DNA from: an uncultured Oscillospiraceae bacterium
GTDB lineage: Bacteria > Bacillota > Clostridia > Oscillospirales > Acutalibacteraceae
NCBI GenBank assembly: GCA_900548545.1
Contig: URKX01000001.1
Location: 9,985-73,984 of the forward strand
Direction of reading: 5' to 3'
Length of the DNA: 64,000 nucleotides
Made by a program: the position numbers and the translations under genes. The notes beneath the pieces are model-generated. The model did not search any database, had not been told where the DNA came from, and worked only from the letters and a program-made list of their open reading frames with translations. Below, piece after piece: positions 20,251 through 28,719 of this stretch (its first letter is position 1; each line of letters opens with the position of its first letter).

Positions 20251-21198
20251 TCAGAATAACAGTTCCGCCGCGCCTAAAATGCCCGCGTCCTGCCCACACT
20301 GGGCAAAGAGGAACTCCACCGGTTCCTCCGTGTGGCAGAAGGAGTGAAACGCTTTGCGCACCCGGTCAAACAGCAGGGGGCCCATCTTTGTCAGCCCGCC
20401 TCCAAACACAAAGCAGTCGATGTTCAGGGTCATATACAGGTTGAACACCCACACCCCCAGGTAGAGGCCCATCTGGTCCAGGGCGCGCAGGGCCATGGGA
20501 TCCCCGGCCCGGGCGGCCTGCTCGATGTGCCGGGCGTCAATTTTCTCGGGGGAGCCGGCCAGGTCCACCATTAAGGTGGGTTCCCCCTGGGCAATCCACT
20601 GGCGGATGTGCTGGACGATCATCCCGCCGGAGGAGTAGGACTGGGCGCAGCCCTGGTTGCCGCAGCCGCAGGGAAGCCCCTGTCCCGGGGTGAGGACGGT
20701 GTGGCCGCTCTCGCCGGCAAAGCCGTTGCTGCCCCGGAACAGCTGGCCGTGAATGATGATGGCTGAGGAAAGGCCGGTGCTCACCGGGCAGTAGAGCATA
20801 TGGGGCCGGCCCACCCCGGCCCCCTGGCGGGATTCCGCCAAGGCCGCGCAGTGGGCGTCGTTGTCCACTTCCACAGCCACCCCGGGGAGGAGCTGCTGCA
20901 AAAAGGCTTTCACCCCAAAGCCGTTGAGGTTGGGCAGGGCGGCGCACAGCACCACAGACCCTTCCGGGTACCGCACCAAAGAGGGCACCCCCACCCCCAC
21001 GCCTTTCAGGTTTTCCCAGGGAAGGGAAAGTCCCTCCATCAGCTGCCGCAGGGTATCTACCGTTTGCCGGAAAAAGTCCTGGGCAGACAGGGCGGGGTCC
21101 GAAGGGTATTTCGCCTTCCCCAGCAGGGTTTTGTCTTCGCCGAAAACGCCCAGGGCCACCTTGGTCCCTCCAACATCAATGCCAGCGGTGTAGTCCAT
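20251..21198 (-). CDS. glcK: ROK family glucokinase
   Basis: MDYTAGIDVGGTKVALGVF ROK N-terminus plus CxCGxxGCxE zinc motif (CGCGNQGCAQ); start chosen at the ATG with GGTGGA RBS, an alternative ATG lies 15 nt upstream. Confidence 0.85.
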   Translation of the reverse strand: MDYTAGIDVGGTKVALGVFGEDKTLLGKAKYPSDPALSAQDFFRQTVDTLRQLMEGLSLPWENLKGVGVGVPSLVRYPEGSVVLCAALPNLNGFGVKAFLQQLLPGVAVEVDNDAHCAALAESRQGAGVGRPHMLYCPVSTGLSSAIIIHGQLFRGSNGFAGESGHTVLTPGQGLPCGCGNQGCAQSYSSGGMIVQHIRQWIAQGEPTLMVDLAGSPEKIDARHIEQAARAGDPMALRALDQMGLYLGVWVFNLYMTLNIDCFVFGGGLTKMGPLLFDRVRKAFHSFCHTEEPVEFLFAQCGQDAGILGAAELLF

Positions 21199-21441
21199 GG
21201 TTTTGTCCACCATCCTTCCTTTTGTCTTATGATACGGGCTTTTGCGGGAAAATACAACCCCCAGGCCGGCTTTTTTCCAAAAGGGAATGGAAAAGGGCGT
21301 GTATTCCGGTTTAGGGGACTGTCCCATTGACGGGCGCCGGGGGAAAATGGTATCATTACTTTTCGTAAATGGTTCAAAATAAAATCATTTTTCCGTTGTT
21401 TTCTTTGGAAAAGGGAAACGCCGGAAGAGGAGGTGCCGCGG

Positions 21442-22323
21442 ATGGAAGTTTGGATATTGGCGAATACCCGGGCGGGGAAACACAAGGCCCGGCAGGAGGG
21501 GGAAAGCGTCCGGCGGGTGTTCGCCTTGGGAGGCGCCCGTGTGCGGATGGCCTATACCGGCTCGCTGGAGGAGGCGGAGGGCTTTTTGCGGCGGGCGGCG
21601 GCCCAAAAGCCGGACTTGCTGGTGTGCTGCGGCGGGGACGGCACCTTGAGCCACGCCGTGGGCTTTTTGGGGGAGCTGGGCGCCCCCATGCCCCTGGGGT
21701 TTGTGCCTATGGGCACCACCAACGACTTTGCCAATTCCCTGGGGATGCCCAAGGAGCCTGCCCGGGCAGCGGAGCAGATCCTCCACGGGGAAAGCCACCG
21801 GCTGGACCTGGGCAGCTTTGAGGGGCGGCGGTTTTTGTATGTGGCCTCCTTTGGGGCCTTTACCCAGTCCTCTTACAAGGCGCCCCCCCAGGTGAAGGCC
21901 ACCCTGGGCCACCTGGCCTATGTGTTGGAAGGCGCCAGGGAATTGCCTTTTTTGCAAGCCATCCCCCTGGAGGCAGAGGTAGATGGGGACCTGGTCCAAG
22001 GGGAGTTCCTCTTTGGGGCGGTGAGCAACGCCACCTCTCTGGGCGGGGTGATGAAGCTTTCCCCGGAACAGGTCCAGCTGGACGACGGCTTTTTAGAGCT
22101 GACCTTGATCCGCAAGCCCCAAACCCCTGTGGAACTGGGGCAGATTGTCCAACTGCTGCGCCATGGAAGCCAGGACGGCTCCCTGGTGATACGCCGGCCC
22201 GTGACCCGGTGCGTGTTCCGCGGCCAGGAAAGCTTTGACTGGTCCCTGGATGGGGAATGCGTCCCCGGGGGCGGCCAGGTGGGCATGGAGGTCCTGCCCC
22301 AGGCGTTGGAGCTGGTGTACTGA
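21442..22323 (+). CDS. diacylglycerol kinase-family lipid kinase (YegS/DagK-like)
   Basis: LLVCCGGDGTLSHAVGFL DAGK catalytic-domain motif; GGAAGAGGAGG RBS. Confidence 0.85.
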   Translation: MEVWILANTRAGKHKARQEGESVRRVFALGGARVRMAYTGSLEEAEGFLRRAAAQKPDLLVCCGGDGTLSHAVGFLGELGAPMPLGFVPMGTTNDFANSLGMPKEPARAAEQILHGESHRLDLGSFEGRRFLYVASFGAFTQSSYKAPPQVKATLGHLAYVLEGARELPFLQAIPLEAEVDGDLVQGEFLFGAVSNATSLGGVMKLSPEQVQLDDGFLELTLIRKPQTPVELGQIVQLLRHGSQDGSLVIRRPVTRCVFRGQESFDWSLDGECVPGGGQVGMEVLPQALELVY

Positions 22324-22403
22324 GCCCGGGGGAGCCGCGCCCTTTCCCCAGCAAAAAACCGGGCCTGCCGCAACAGGCAGCAGGCCCGGTTTCCCAGGAG
22401 GCT

Positions 22404-23900
22404 TTAAGCCTCCTTTTTTTGGTAGAAGGCCAGGTTGCTTTGGCCGGAGGGCCATCCCAGCTTCCTGGCCAGGTGGGAAACCAGCCCGCACAGCAGGAAG
22501 GATACCCCCATGGCCAGGCAGGCGTACAGGGGTCCGTTGGGGGTGGTGAACCCGGATGCCGCCGCGGGCAGGAAGGCGGTGAGGAAGCCCCCCAGCATCC
22601 CGGCCCAGGCCCCGGCCCGGTTCAGCTTCTTCCAATAGAGGGTCAGCACATAGGGCGCCAGGAAGGAGCCGGACAGGATCCCCCAGGAGTAGGACATCAT
22701 CTCCAAGATGGGGGTGGGGTAGTTGGCGATGAGGTAGCTCAAGACCACAAAGGCCAGGCATAAAAACCGGGTGACCGTGGCCAGGGTCCGCTCCCCCAGG
22801 CCCTTGAGCCAGCTGGCCTTGATGAGGTCCATGGACACGGTGGAGCAGGCGGTGAGGGTAATGCTGGACAGGGTGGACACCGAGGCGGAGATCAGCAGCA
22901 CCAGGATGACGCCGATGAGCAGGTTGGGCAGCCCGGCGGTGTTGAGCATGATGGGCACCAGGAAGTCGGTGCCGCCCTCCGGCATGGTTTCCCCGAAAAA
23001 CAGGTGGGAGAAGGAGCCGATGAAATAGCCGCCGCCCGCCACCAGCAGGGAGAAGAAGGTGGAGATGACCACACCCCGGCGGACTTCCCGCTTGTCCCGG
23101 ATGCCGTAGTATTTGTGCACCATCTGGGGCAGGCCCCAGGTGCCAAAGCTGGTCATCAGGATGGTGGAGACCAGCGCCACCGCCGAGGAACCGGACAGGG
23201 GCATCATCTCGTGGGCTTTCATATAGTCCGCCATCCGGGAGAGGCCGGTGGTGAGGCCCCCCACCTGGGAGGAACGCACCACCAGCACGATCAGCGCTGC
23301 CACACCCACCATCATCACAAAGCCCTGGACAAAATCGGCCTTCAGGGTGGCCATATAGCCCCCCAGCACCAGCACCAGGGCCGAGGCAATGGCGATGATG
23401 ATCATGCAGACCTGCTCGTCGATGTTCAAGATCACCGAGCACACGCTGGTCAGCCCCTTGTACACCGAGGCGGAGTAGGGGATGAGGAACAGGAAGATCA
23501 CCACCGTGGCAAACAGCCGCATCCCCGGGCTTTGGAAACGCTTCTCAAACAGCTGGGGCATGGATTTGATGTCGTGGCGGCGGGTCAGGTCCCGGGTGCG
23601 GTTGGCCAGCACCAGCCAGGCCAGCAGCGTGCCGAACACCGCGTTGCCCAGGCCCACCAGGCCGCTCCACAGGCCGTAGTTCCAGCCGGAGCCGCCGGAA
23701 TAGCCGATGAACATCACCGCGGAAAAGTACGCTGTGCCGTAAGAGAGGGCCGAGATCCAAGCCCCGGCGCTGCGTCCGCCTACGGTGAAGCCCGCCATGT
23801 CTGTGCCTTTGCGGGAATACCAAATGCCGATCCCCAGCATAAACAGGGCGTATACCCCAATGACTACCCAAATGGTCGCTTCCTTGCTCAATGCTGCCAC
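22404..23900 (-). CDS. sodium:solute symporter (SSS) family transporter
   Basis: multi-TM protein with SSS-like N-terminus (GFTVGGRSAGAWISALSYGTAYFSAVMFIGYSG); apparent GTG start after an AAAGGA RBS. Confidence 0.8.
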   Translation of the reverse strand: MAALSKEATIWVVIGVYALFMLGIGIWYSRKGTDMAGFTVGGRSAGAWISALSYGTAYFSAVMFIGYSGGSGWNYGLWSGLVGLGNAVFGTLLAWLVLANRTRDLTRRHDIKSMPQLFEKRFQSPGMRLFATVVIFLFLIPYSASVYKGLTSVCSVILNIDEQVCMIIIAIASALVLVLGGYMATLKADFVQGFVMMVGVAALIVLVVRSSQVGGLTTGLSRMADYMKAHEMMPLSGSSAVALVSTILMTSFGTWGLPQMVHKYYGIRDKREVRRGVVISTFFSLLVAGGGYFIGSFSHLFFGETMPEGGTDFLVPIMLNTAGLPNLLIGVILVLLISASVSTLSSITLTACSTVSMDLIKASWLKGLGERTLATVTRFLCLAFVVLSYLIANYPTPILEMMSYSWGILSGSFLAPYVLTLYWKKLNRAGAWAGMLGGFLTAFLPAAASGFTTPNGPLYACLAMGVSFLLCGLVSHLARKLGWPSGQSNLAFYQKKEA

Positions 23901-24180
23901 ATCCTTTAGCTGTCGCTTTTTTTATCACTTATACGCTTTAAAGTTGACACGCTTTAAAGTGATGAAATTTTAACACAAAAGCGGGAAAAAGGCAAGCCTG
24001 AATCCGCGAAAATTCCCCCGGTTTACAGCGTTTTCCCTCCCAGGGCGGCCGGCAGGCGCACCTTCATAGAATATTCACCTCTTTTTCTTGCTTTTGCCAC
24101 AGTTAGCGGGTACAATAAAATTACATTGGGGGAAAGCACCCAGGGAGAGAGAACTTTCGGAAAAAGGGAGGGCCTGTTTT

Positions 24181-24876
24181 ATGGCGTCTGGAAAGATCCT
24201 GATTGTGGACGACGATACCAATATTTGCGAGCTGCTGCGGCTCTATATAGAAAAGGAAGGCTTTGAAGCATCTATTGCCAACGATGGGGAAGCCGGTTTG
24301 AGGATGTTCGATACCGTAAACCCTGACTTGATCCTGCTGGACATCATGCTTCCCGGTTTGGACGGATGGCAGGTGTGCCGGGAGATCCGGAAAAAATCCG
24401 ATTGCCCCATCATCATGCTCACCGCCAAGGGCGAGGTGTTCGACAAGGTGCTGGGATTGGAACTGGGGGCCGACGACTATGTGGTGAAGCCCTTTGAAAC
24501 AAAAGAGGTGGTCGCCCGGATCAACGCCGTGCTGCGCCGCAGCGGCAAGCACAGCGAGGACAAGGGCGAAAACAAGGTGGTTACCTATGAAAACCTGTCC
24601 ATCAACCTGACTAACTACGAGCTGAAGGTAAATGGCGTCCAGGTGGACACGCCCCCCAAGGAGATGGAGCTGATCTATCACCTGGCGTCCAACCCCAACC
24701 GGGTGTTCACCCGGGACCAGCTGCTGGACGAGGTGTGGGGCTTTGACTACTACGGCGACAGCCGCACGGTGGATGTCCACGTAAAGCGGCTGCGGGAAAA
24801 GCTGGAAGGCGCGTCGGACAAGTGGGCCCTGAAGACCGTGTGGGGCGTGGGATATAAATTTGAGGTAAAAGAATGA
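24181..24876 (+). CDS. OmpR-family two-component response regulator
   Basis: KILIVDDDTNICELL...DLILLDIMLPGLDGW receiver domain plus winged-helix output domain. Confidence 0.9.
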   Translation: MASGKILIVDDDTNICELLRLYIEKEGFEASIANDGEAGLRMFDTVNPDLILLDIMLPGLDGWQVCREIRKKSDCPIIMLTAKGEVFDKVLGLELGADDYVVKPFETKEVVARINAVLRRSGKHSEDKGENKVVTYENLSINLTNYELKVNGVQVDTPPKEMELIYHLASNPNRVFTRDQLLDEVWGFDYYGDSRTVDVHVKRLREKLEGASDKWALKTVWGVGYKFEVKE

Positions 24877-24906
24877 GCAGCTTTTAGTGGCTGAGAAAGG
24901 CGAGCC

Positions 24907-26478
24907 ATGCAAAAGAGTATTTTTACAAGGGTGTTGAGCCTGACCATGGGGATCGTGGTGCTCAGCTTTATCCTGCTGGGCGGGGTGATGATGGCCTTTT
25001 TCGGCCAGTATTGGCAGACGGAAAAGAAAGAGCTGCTCACCCAAAACGCCAACTCCATTTCCAAGATGTCCAGCGTGTTCCTGGCCCGTTCCGGCGAGGG
25101 CAACTACACCCTGGAAACTTCGGTGCTCAAGGGGTTTATCGACGCCTATTCCGCCAGCATTGACGCGGATATCTTCATCACTGACCTGGAGGGGAACGTC
25201 CTGCTGGGAAACTATCCCAACAGCAACCTGTCCGCCCCCCAGGCGGTGCCCCGGCAGATTGTCACGCAAGCCTCCCAGGGGCAGTATGAAGGCCGGGGCA
25301 CCTTTGGCGGGCTGTACCAAAAACAGTTTTACATCATCGGCGTGCCCATGTATGCCGGCAGCGAAAAAGAGGTTTGTGTGGGGGTGGTGTTCGCCTCCAC
25401 CAGCGTCAGCTCGGTAAACGCCTTCCAGGGGGAGGCGCTGCAGATGTTCCTGGTGGCTGCCGCCGCGGCCCTGGGTGTCACCTTCTGTGTGGTGGGCGCC
25501 TTTGCTTACCGGCTGGTGAAGCCTATGCGGCAGATGTCCGCCGCGGCCCGCAGCTTTGGCGGCGGGGACTTTTCCGTGCGGGTGCCGGTGACCAGCGCCG
25601 ATGAGCTGGGCCAGCTGGCCATCTCCTTTAACAACATGGCCAATTCCCTGTCCAACTCCGAGGGGACCCGCAGGAGCTTTATCGCCAACGTGTCCCACGA
25701 GCTGAAGACCCCCATGACCACCATTGCCGGGTTTGTCGACGGCATTTTAGACGGCACCATCCCCCCCGAGCAGCAGGGAAAATACCTGCACATCGTGTCT
25801 GACGAGGTGAAACGCCTGTCGAGGCTTGTGAAGTCCATGCTGGACCTGTCCCGGATCGACAGCGGGGAGATGAAGCTGCACCCCACCCAGTTTGACATCA
25901 CCCAGACCTTGGTGACCACCCTGCTGACCTTCGAGCAGAAGATCGACGAGAAAGGGATCGAGATCCGGGGGCTGGAGGAAACCTCCCCGCAAATGGTGCT
26001 GGGCGACCAGGACCTGCTGCACCAGGTGGTGTATAACCTCATTGAAAACGCGGTAAAATTTACAAATCAGGATGGCTACATCAAGGTTCAGGTCACAGAC
26101 GGCATCGACCGCACCACCGTGGTGATTGAGAACAGTGGCCCCGGCATCGCCCCGGAGGAACTGCCCATGATCTTTGAGCGGTTCTACAAAACGGACAAGT
26201 CCCGCAGCCGGGATAAGAACGGCATGGGCCTGGGGCTGTACATTGTGCGGACTATCTTGAAACTACACGGGGGGGATATCAGCGTTTCGTCGGTGATGGG
26301 GGAATTCTGCCGGTTCGAGTTTACCATCCCGAAACCCCAGGAGGCCCCTAAGCTGAAGGACACGGGCTCTTTTAAGCTGAAAGAAGCTCCCTCCCGTGGG
26401 AAAGAGAAGAAAGAGCTGCGCCACGAGATGGCGGAGCCTGAAAGGAGCAAGGACGATGACAGACCACCAGAAGAATGA
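24907..26478 (+). CDS. sensor histidine kinase (2 TM, HAMP, HisKA, HATPase_c)
   Basis: SHELKTPMT H-box and GGDISVSS/GLGL ATP-lid motifs; immediately downstream of the response regulator. Confidence 0.9.
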   Translation: MQKSIFTRVLSLTMGIVVLSFILLGGVMMAFFGQYWQTEKKELLTQNANSISKMSSVFLARSGEGNYTLETSVLKGFIDAYSASIDADIFITDLEGNVLLGNYPNSNLSAPQAVPRQIVTQASQGQYEGRGTFGGLYQKQFYIIGVPMYAGSEKEVCVGVVFASTSVSSVNAFQGEALQMFLVAAAAALGVTFCVVGAFAYRLVKPMRQMSAAARSFGGGDFSVRVPVTSADELGQLAISFNNMANSLSNSEGTRRSFIANVSHELKTPMTTIAGFVDGILDGTIPPEQQGKYLHIVSDEVKRLSRLVKSMLDLSRIDSGEMKLHPTQFDITQTLVTTLLTFEQKIDEKGIEIRGLEETSPQMVLGDQDLLHQVVYNLIENAVKFTNQDGYIKVQVTDGIDRTTVVIENSGPGIAPEELPMIFERFYKTDKSRSRDKNGMGLGLYIVRTILKLHGGDISVSSVMGEFCRFEFTIPKPQEAPKLKDTGSFKLKEAPSRGKEKKELRHEMAEPERSKDDDRPPEE

Positions 26479-28081
26479 CTTTCCAGGGGCCCAGGCGCCC
26501 GCGGGGGAAACGCCCTCTCAGCCTGCGATAGAAGAGGCCCGGGAGATGTCCCCTGGACAGGGTGCCCCGGAGGCGGCCGGGGAAGAAGCCTTGCCCTCCC
26601 AGCAGGCGGAAGCGGCGCCCCAAGGGGAGCCCTCCCAACCGGCAGAACCCCCGGTGCCCGACACGGCCGAGCCGGAATACCCCCGGCAGGAGGCTTCCCA
26701 GCCGGCGCCCCCGCCCCAGCAGCCTTGGCCGGGGGGCTTCCCCGGCTATGGAGGGGCCTATCCGCCGCCCCAAGGGCAGTGGGCCCAAGGGTACTATCCC
26801 CAGCAGCCTTGGTATGGGCCGGCTTATGGACAGGCGCCCGCCCCCTATGGGCCGGTGCGGCCGCCCCGGAAAAAGATGTCCCGGGGGCTGAAGGTGTTTT
26901 TGTGGATTGCCTCTGCCCTGACTGCCGGGGCGATCCTGGGCTTTGCTGGCTTTGTGGTGAGCTGGGCTGTGGCGGGACCCCAGATCCAGGCGCCGGTGGT
27001 GGACACCTTGCCCGACGAGGGCCGGCAAGATGAGCCTGAGGCTCCCATCCAGGAGGAAGAACCTCAGCTAGACCTGCCGGATGTGGATGTGACCCCCAAT
27101 GAGGAGGGTGTTGTCATCCACCAAAAGCCCCAGGGGGACGCCCTGGACGCCCAAGCAGTGTATGACAAGGTGGTGAAATCCACCGTGGCTATCACCGTGT
27201 CCTACACAGGGGAGGGCACGGACAGTTCCGGCACGGGGATCATCGCCACCTCGGATGGGTACATCATCACCAACGCCCATGTGGTGCTGAATACCAAAAG
27301 CGTGCTGGTGACGGTGACCACCTATGACGGCCAGCAGTACGACGCGGTGGTGGTGGGCATGGACCGCACCACGGACCTGGCCGTCATTAAGACAAACGAT
27401 TATGGCTTTGCCCCGGCGGAATTTGGCGACGCGGGGGAGCTTTCTATCGGGGAATGGGTGCTGGCCATCGGGAACCCCGGAGGCGAGCGGTTTGCCAGTT
27501 CCCTGACCCGGGGCATTGTTTCCGGCCTGGACCGCGCTGTGGAACGTTACAGTGAAAACGGCATGACTTTCATCCAGACCGATGCAGCCATCAACCCGGG
27601 CAACTCCGGCGGGCCGCTGGTGAATCTGTACGGCCAGGTGGTGGGGATCAACTCCTCGAAGATTGTCACCGATGGCTACGAGGGCATGGGGTTTGCCATC
27701 CCGGTGAGCAAGGCCAAGGACATCATCGACCAGCTGCTTTCCGGCGGCTATGTGGAGGGCCGTGTGCGCTTGGGCATCAGCGGCTATGACCTGGGGGACG
27801 AGGCCGCCTTCTATGGGCTGCCCAGAGGCTTTATGATCGCATCCATCGACGAGGACAGCTCTTTTGCCGGCACCGAGGCCCAGGTGGAGGACATCATCAT
27901 CGCCATTGACGGGGAAACCGTGGAAGAGCTGCAGGATATCTCCAACCTGCTGCTGCGGTACAGCCCCGGCGACCAGGTGACCGTCACCTTGTACCGGCGC
28001 TCTGCCCATGACTTCAGCGAAGGGGAGGAGATCGAAGTGACGATTACCCTGCTGGAAGACAAGGGGGAAACACAGAAGTAA
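26456..28081 (+). CDS. htrA: HtrA/DegP-family serine protease with PDZ domain, an N-terminal Pro/Gln/Tyr-rich cytoplasmic region and a single TM
   Basis: GNSGGPLVN catalytic-serine motif, TDLAVIK, PDZ domain; ATG 26456 with AAGGAG RBS overlaps the HK 3' end by 23 nt. Confidence 0.85.
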   Translation: MTDHQKNDFPGAQAPAGETPSQPAIEEAREMSPGQGAPEAAGEEALPSQQAEAAPQGEPSQPAEPPVPDTAEPEYPRQEASQPAPPPQQPWPGGFPGYGGAYPPPQGQWAQGYYPQQPWYGPAYGQAPAPYGPVRPPRKKMSRGLKVFLWIASALTAGAILGFAGFVVSWAVAGPQIQAPVVDTLPDEGRQDEPEAPIQEEEPQLDLPDVDVTPNEEGVVIHQKPQGDALDAQAVYDKVVKSTVAITVSYTGEGTDSSGTGIIATSDGYIITNAHVVLNTKSVLVTVTTYDGQQYDAVVVGMDRTTDLAVIKTNDYGFAPAEFGDAGELSIGEWVLAIGNPGGERFASSLTRGIVSGLDRAVERYSENGMTFIQTDAAINPGNSGGPLVNLYGQVVGINSSKIVTDGYEGMGFAIPVSKAKDIIDQLLSGGYVEGRVRLGISGYDLGDEAAFYGLPRGFMIASIDEDSSFAGTEAQVEDIIIAIDGETVEELQDISNLLLRYSPGDQVTVTLYRRSAHDFSEGEEIEVTITLLEDKGETQK

Positions 28082-28569
28082 TGGCAAAGGACAAACTGGA
28101 AAAGACAAACGCCCTGCGGCTGTTGGACCGGATGAGGATCCCTTACGAGGCCTATACCTATCCTTGCGAGGAGTTTACCGACGGCCTGGAGGTGGCCCGG
28201 CAGTTGGGTTTGAACCCGGCGGATGTGTGCAAAACCCTGGTCACCGTGGGGAAAAACGGCGGCCACTATGTGTTTGTGTTGCCGGTAAACCAGGAGCTGG
28301 ACCGGAAAAAAGCCGCCTCCCTGGTGGGGGAGAAATCCCTGGAAATGCTCCCTGTGAAAGGTTTGCTTTCTGCCACCGGGTATATCCGGGGCGGCTGCAC
28401 GGCCTTGGGGATGAAAAAACGGTTCCCTACAGTGGTGGACCAGAGCGTCCGGGAGAAGGAGGCCATCTATGTAAGCGGCGGCAAGCGGGGCTTGCAGCTG
28501 AAGCTGGCCCCGGCGGACTTGGTGAAAGCGGCCAGCGCCATGTGGGGCGACGTGATCGTGAAAGGCTGA
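28081..28569 (+). CDS. ybaK: Cys-tRNA(Pro)/Cys-tRNA(Cys) deacylase YbaK
   Basis: MAKDKLEKTNALRLLD...YPCEEFTDGLEVA YbaK/ProX-type family; start overlaps the htrA stop (TAATG). Confidence 0.8.
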   Translation: MAKDKLEKTNALRLLDRMRIPYEAYTYPCEEFTDGLEVARQLGLNPADVCKTLVTVGKNGGHYVFVLPVNQELDRKKAASLVGEKSLEMLPVKGLLSATGYIRGGCTALGMKKRFPTVVDQSVREKEAIYVSGGKRGLQLKLAPADLVKAASAMWGDVIVKG

Positions 28570-28623
28570 ACGCCAGAGGGCCCAGGCAGGGGAAGGGGCC
28601 CTTCCAAATGGCATGGAAAAAGG

Positions 28624-28658
28624 ACACCCGGGCGGGAAAGCTCAGGTGCCCTTTTTTT
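28624..28658. terminator. terminator-like hairpin flanked by an A-run and a T-run between convergent ybaK and the EF-G-like gene
   Basis: AAAAAGGACACCCGGGCGGGAAAGCTCAGGTGCCCTTTTTTT; the stem has one mismatch. Confidence 0.45.
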
Positions 28659-28719
28659 AGCTGCGAAGAAAGGGCGCCCCGGTTTGGCCGGGGCGCCCTG
28701 TTGGTTTTATGAAGAAGGT

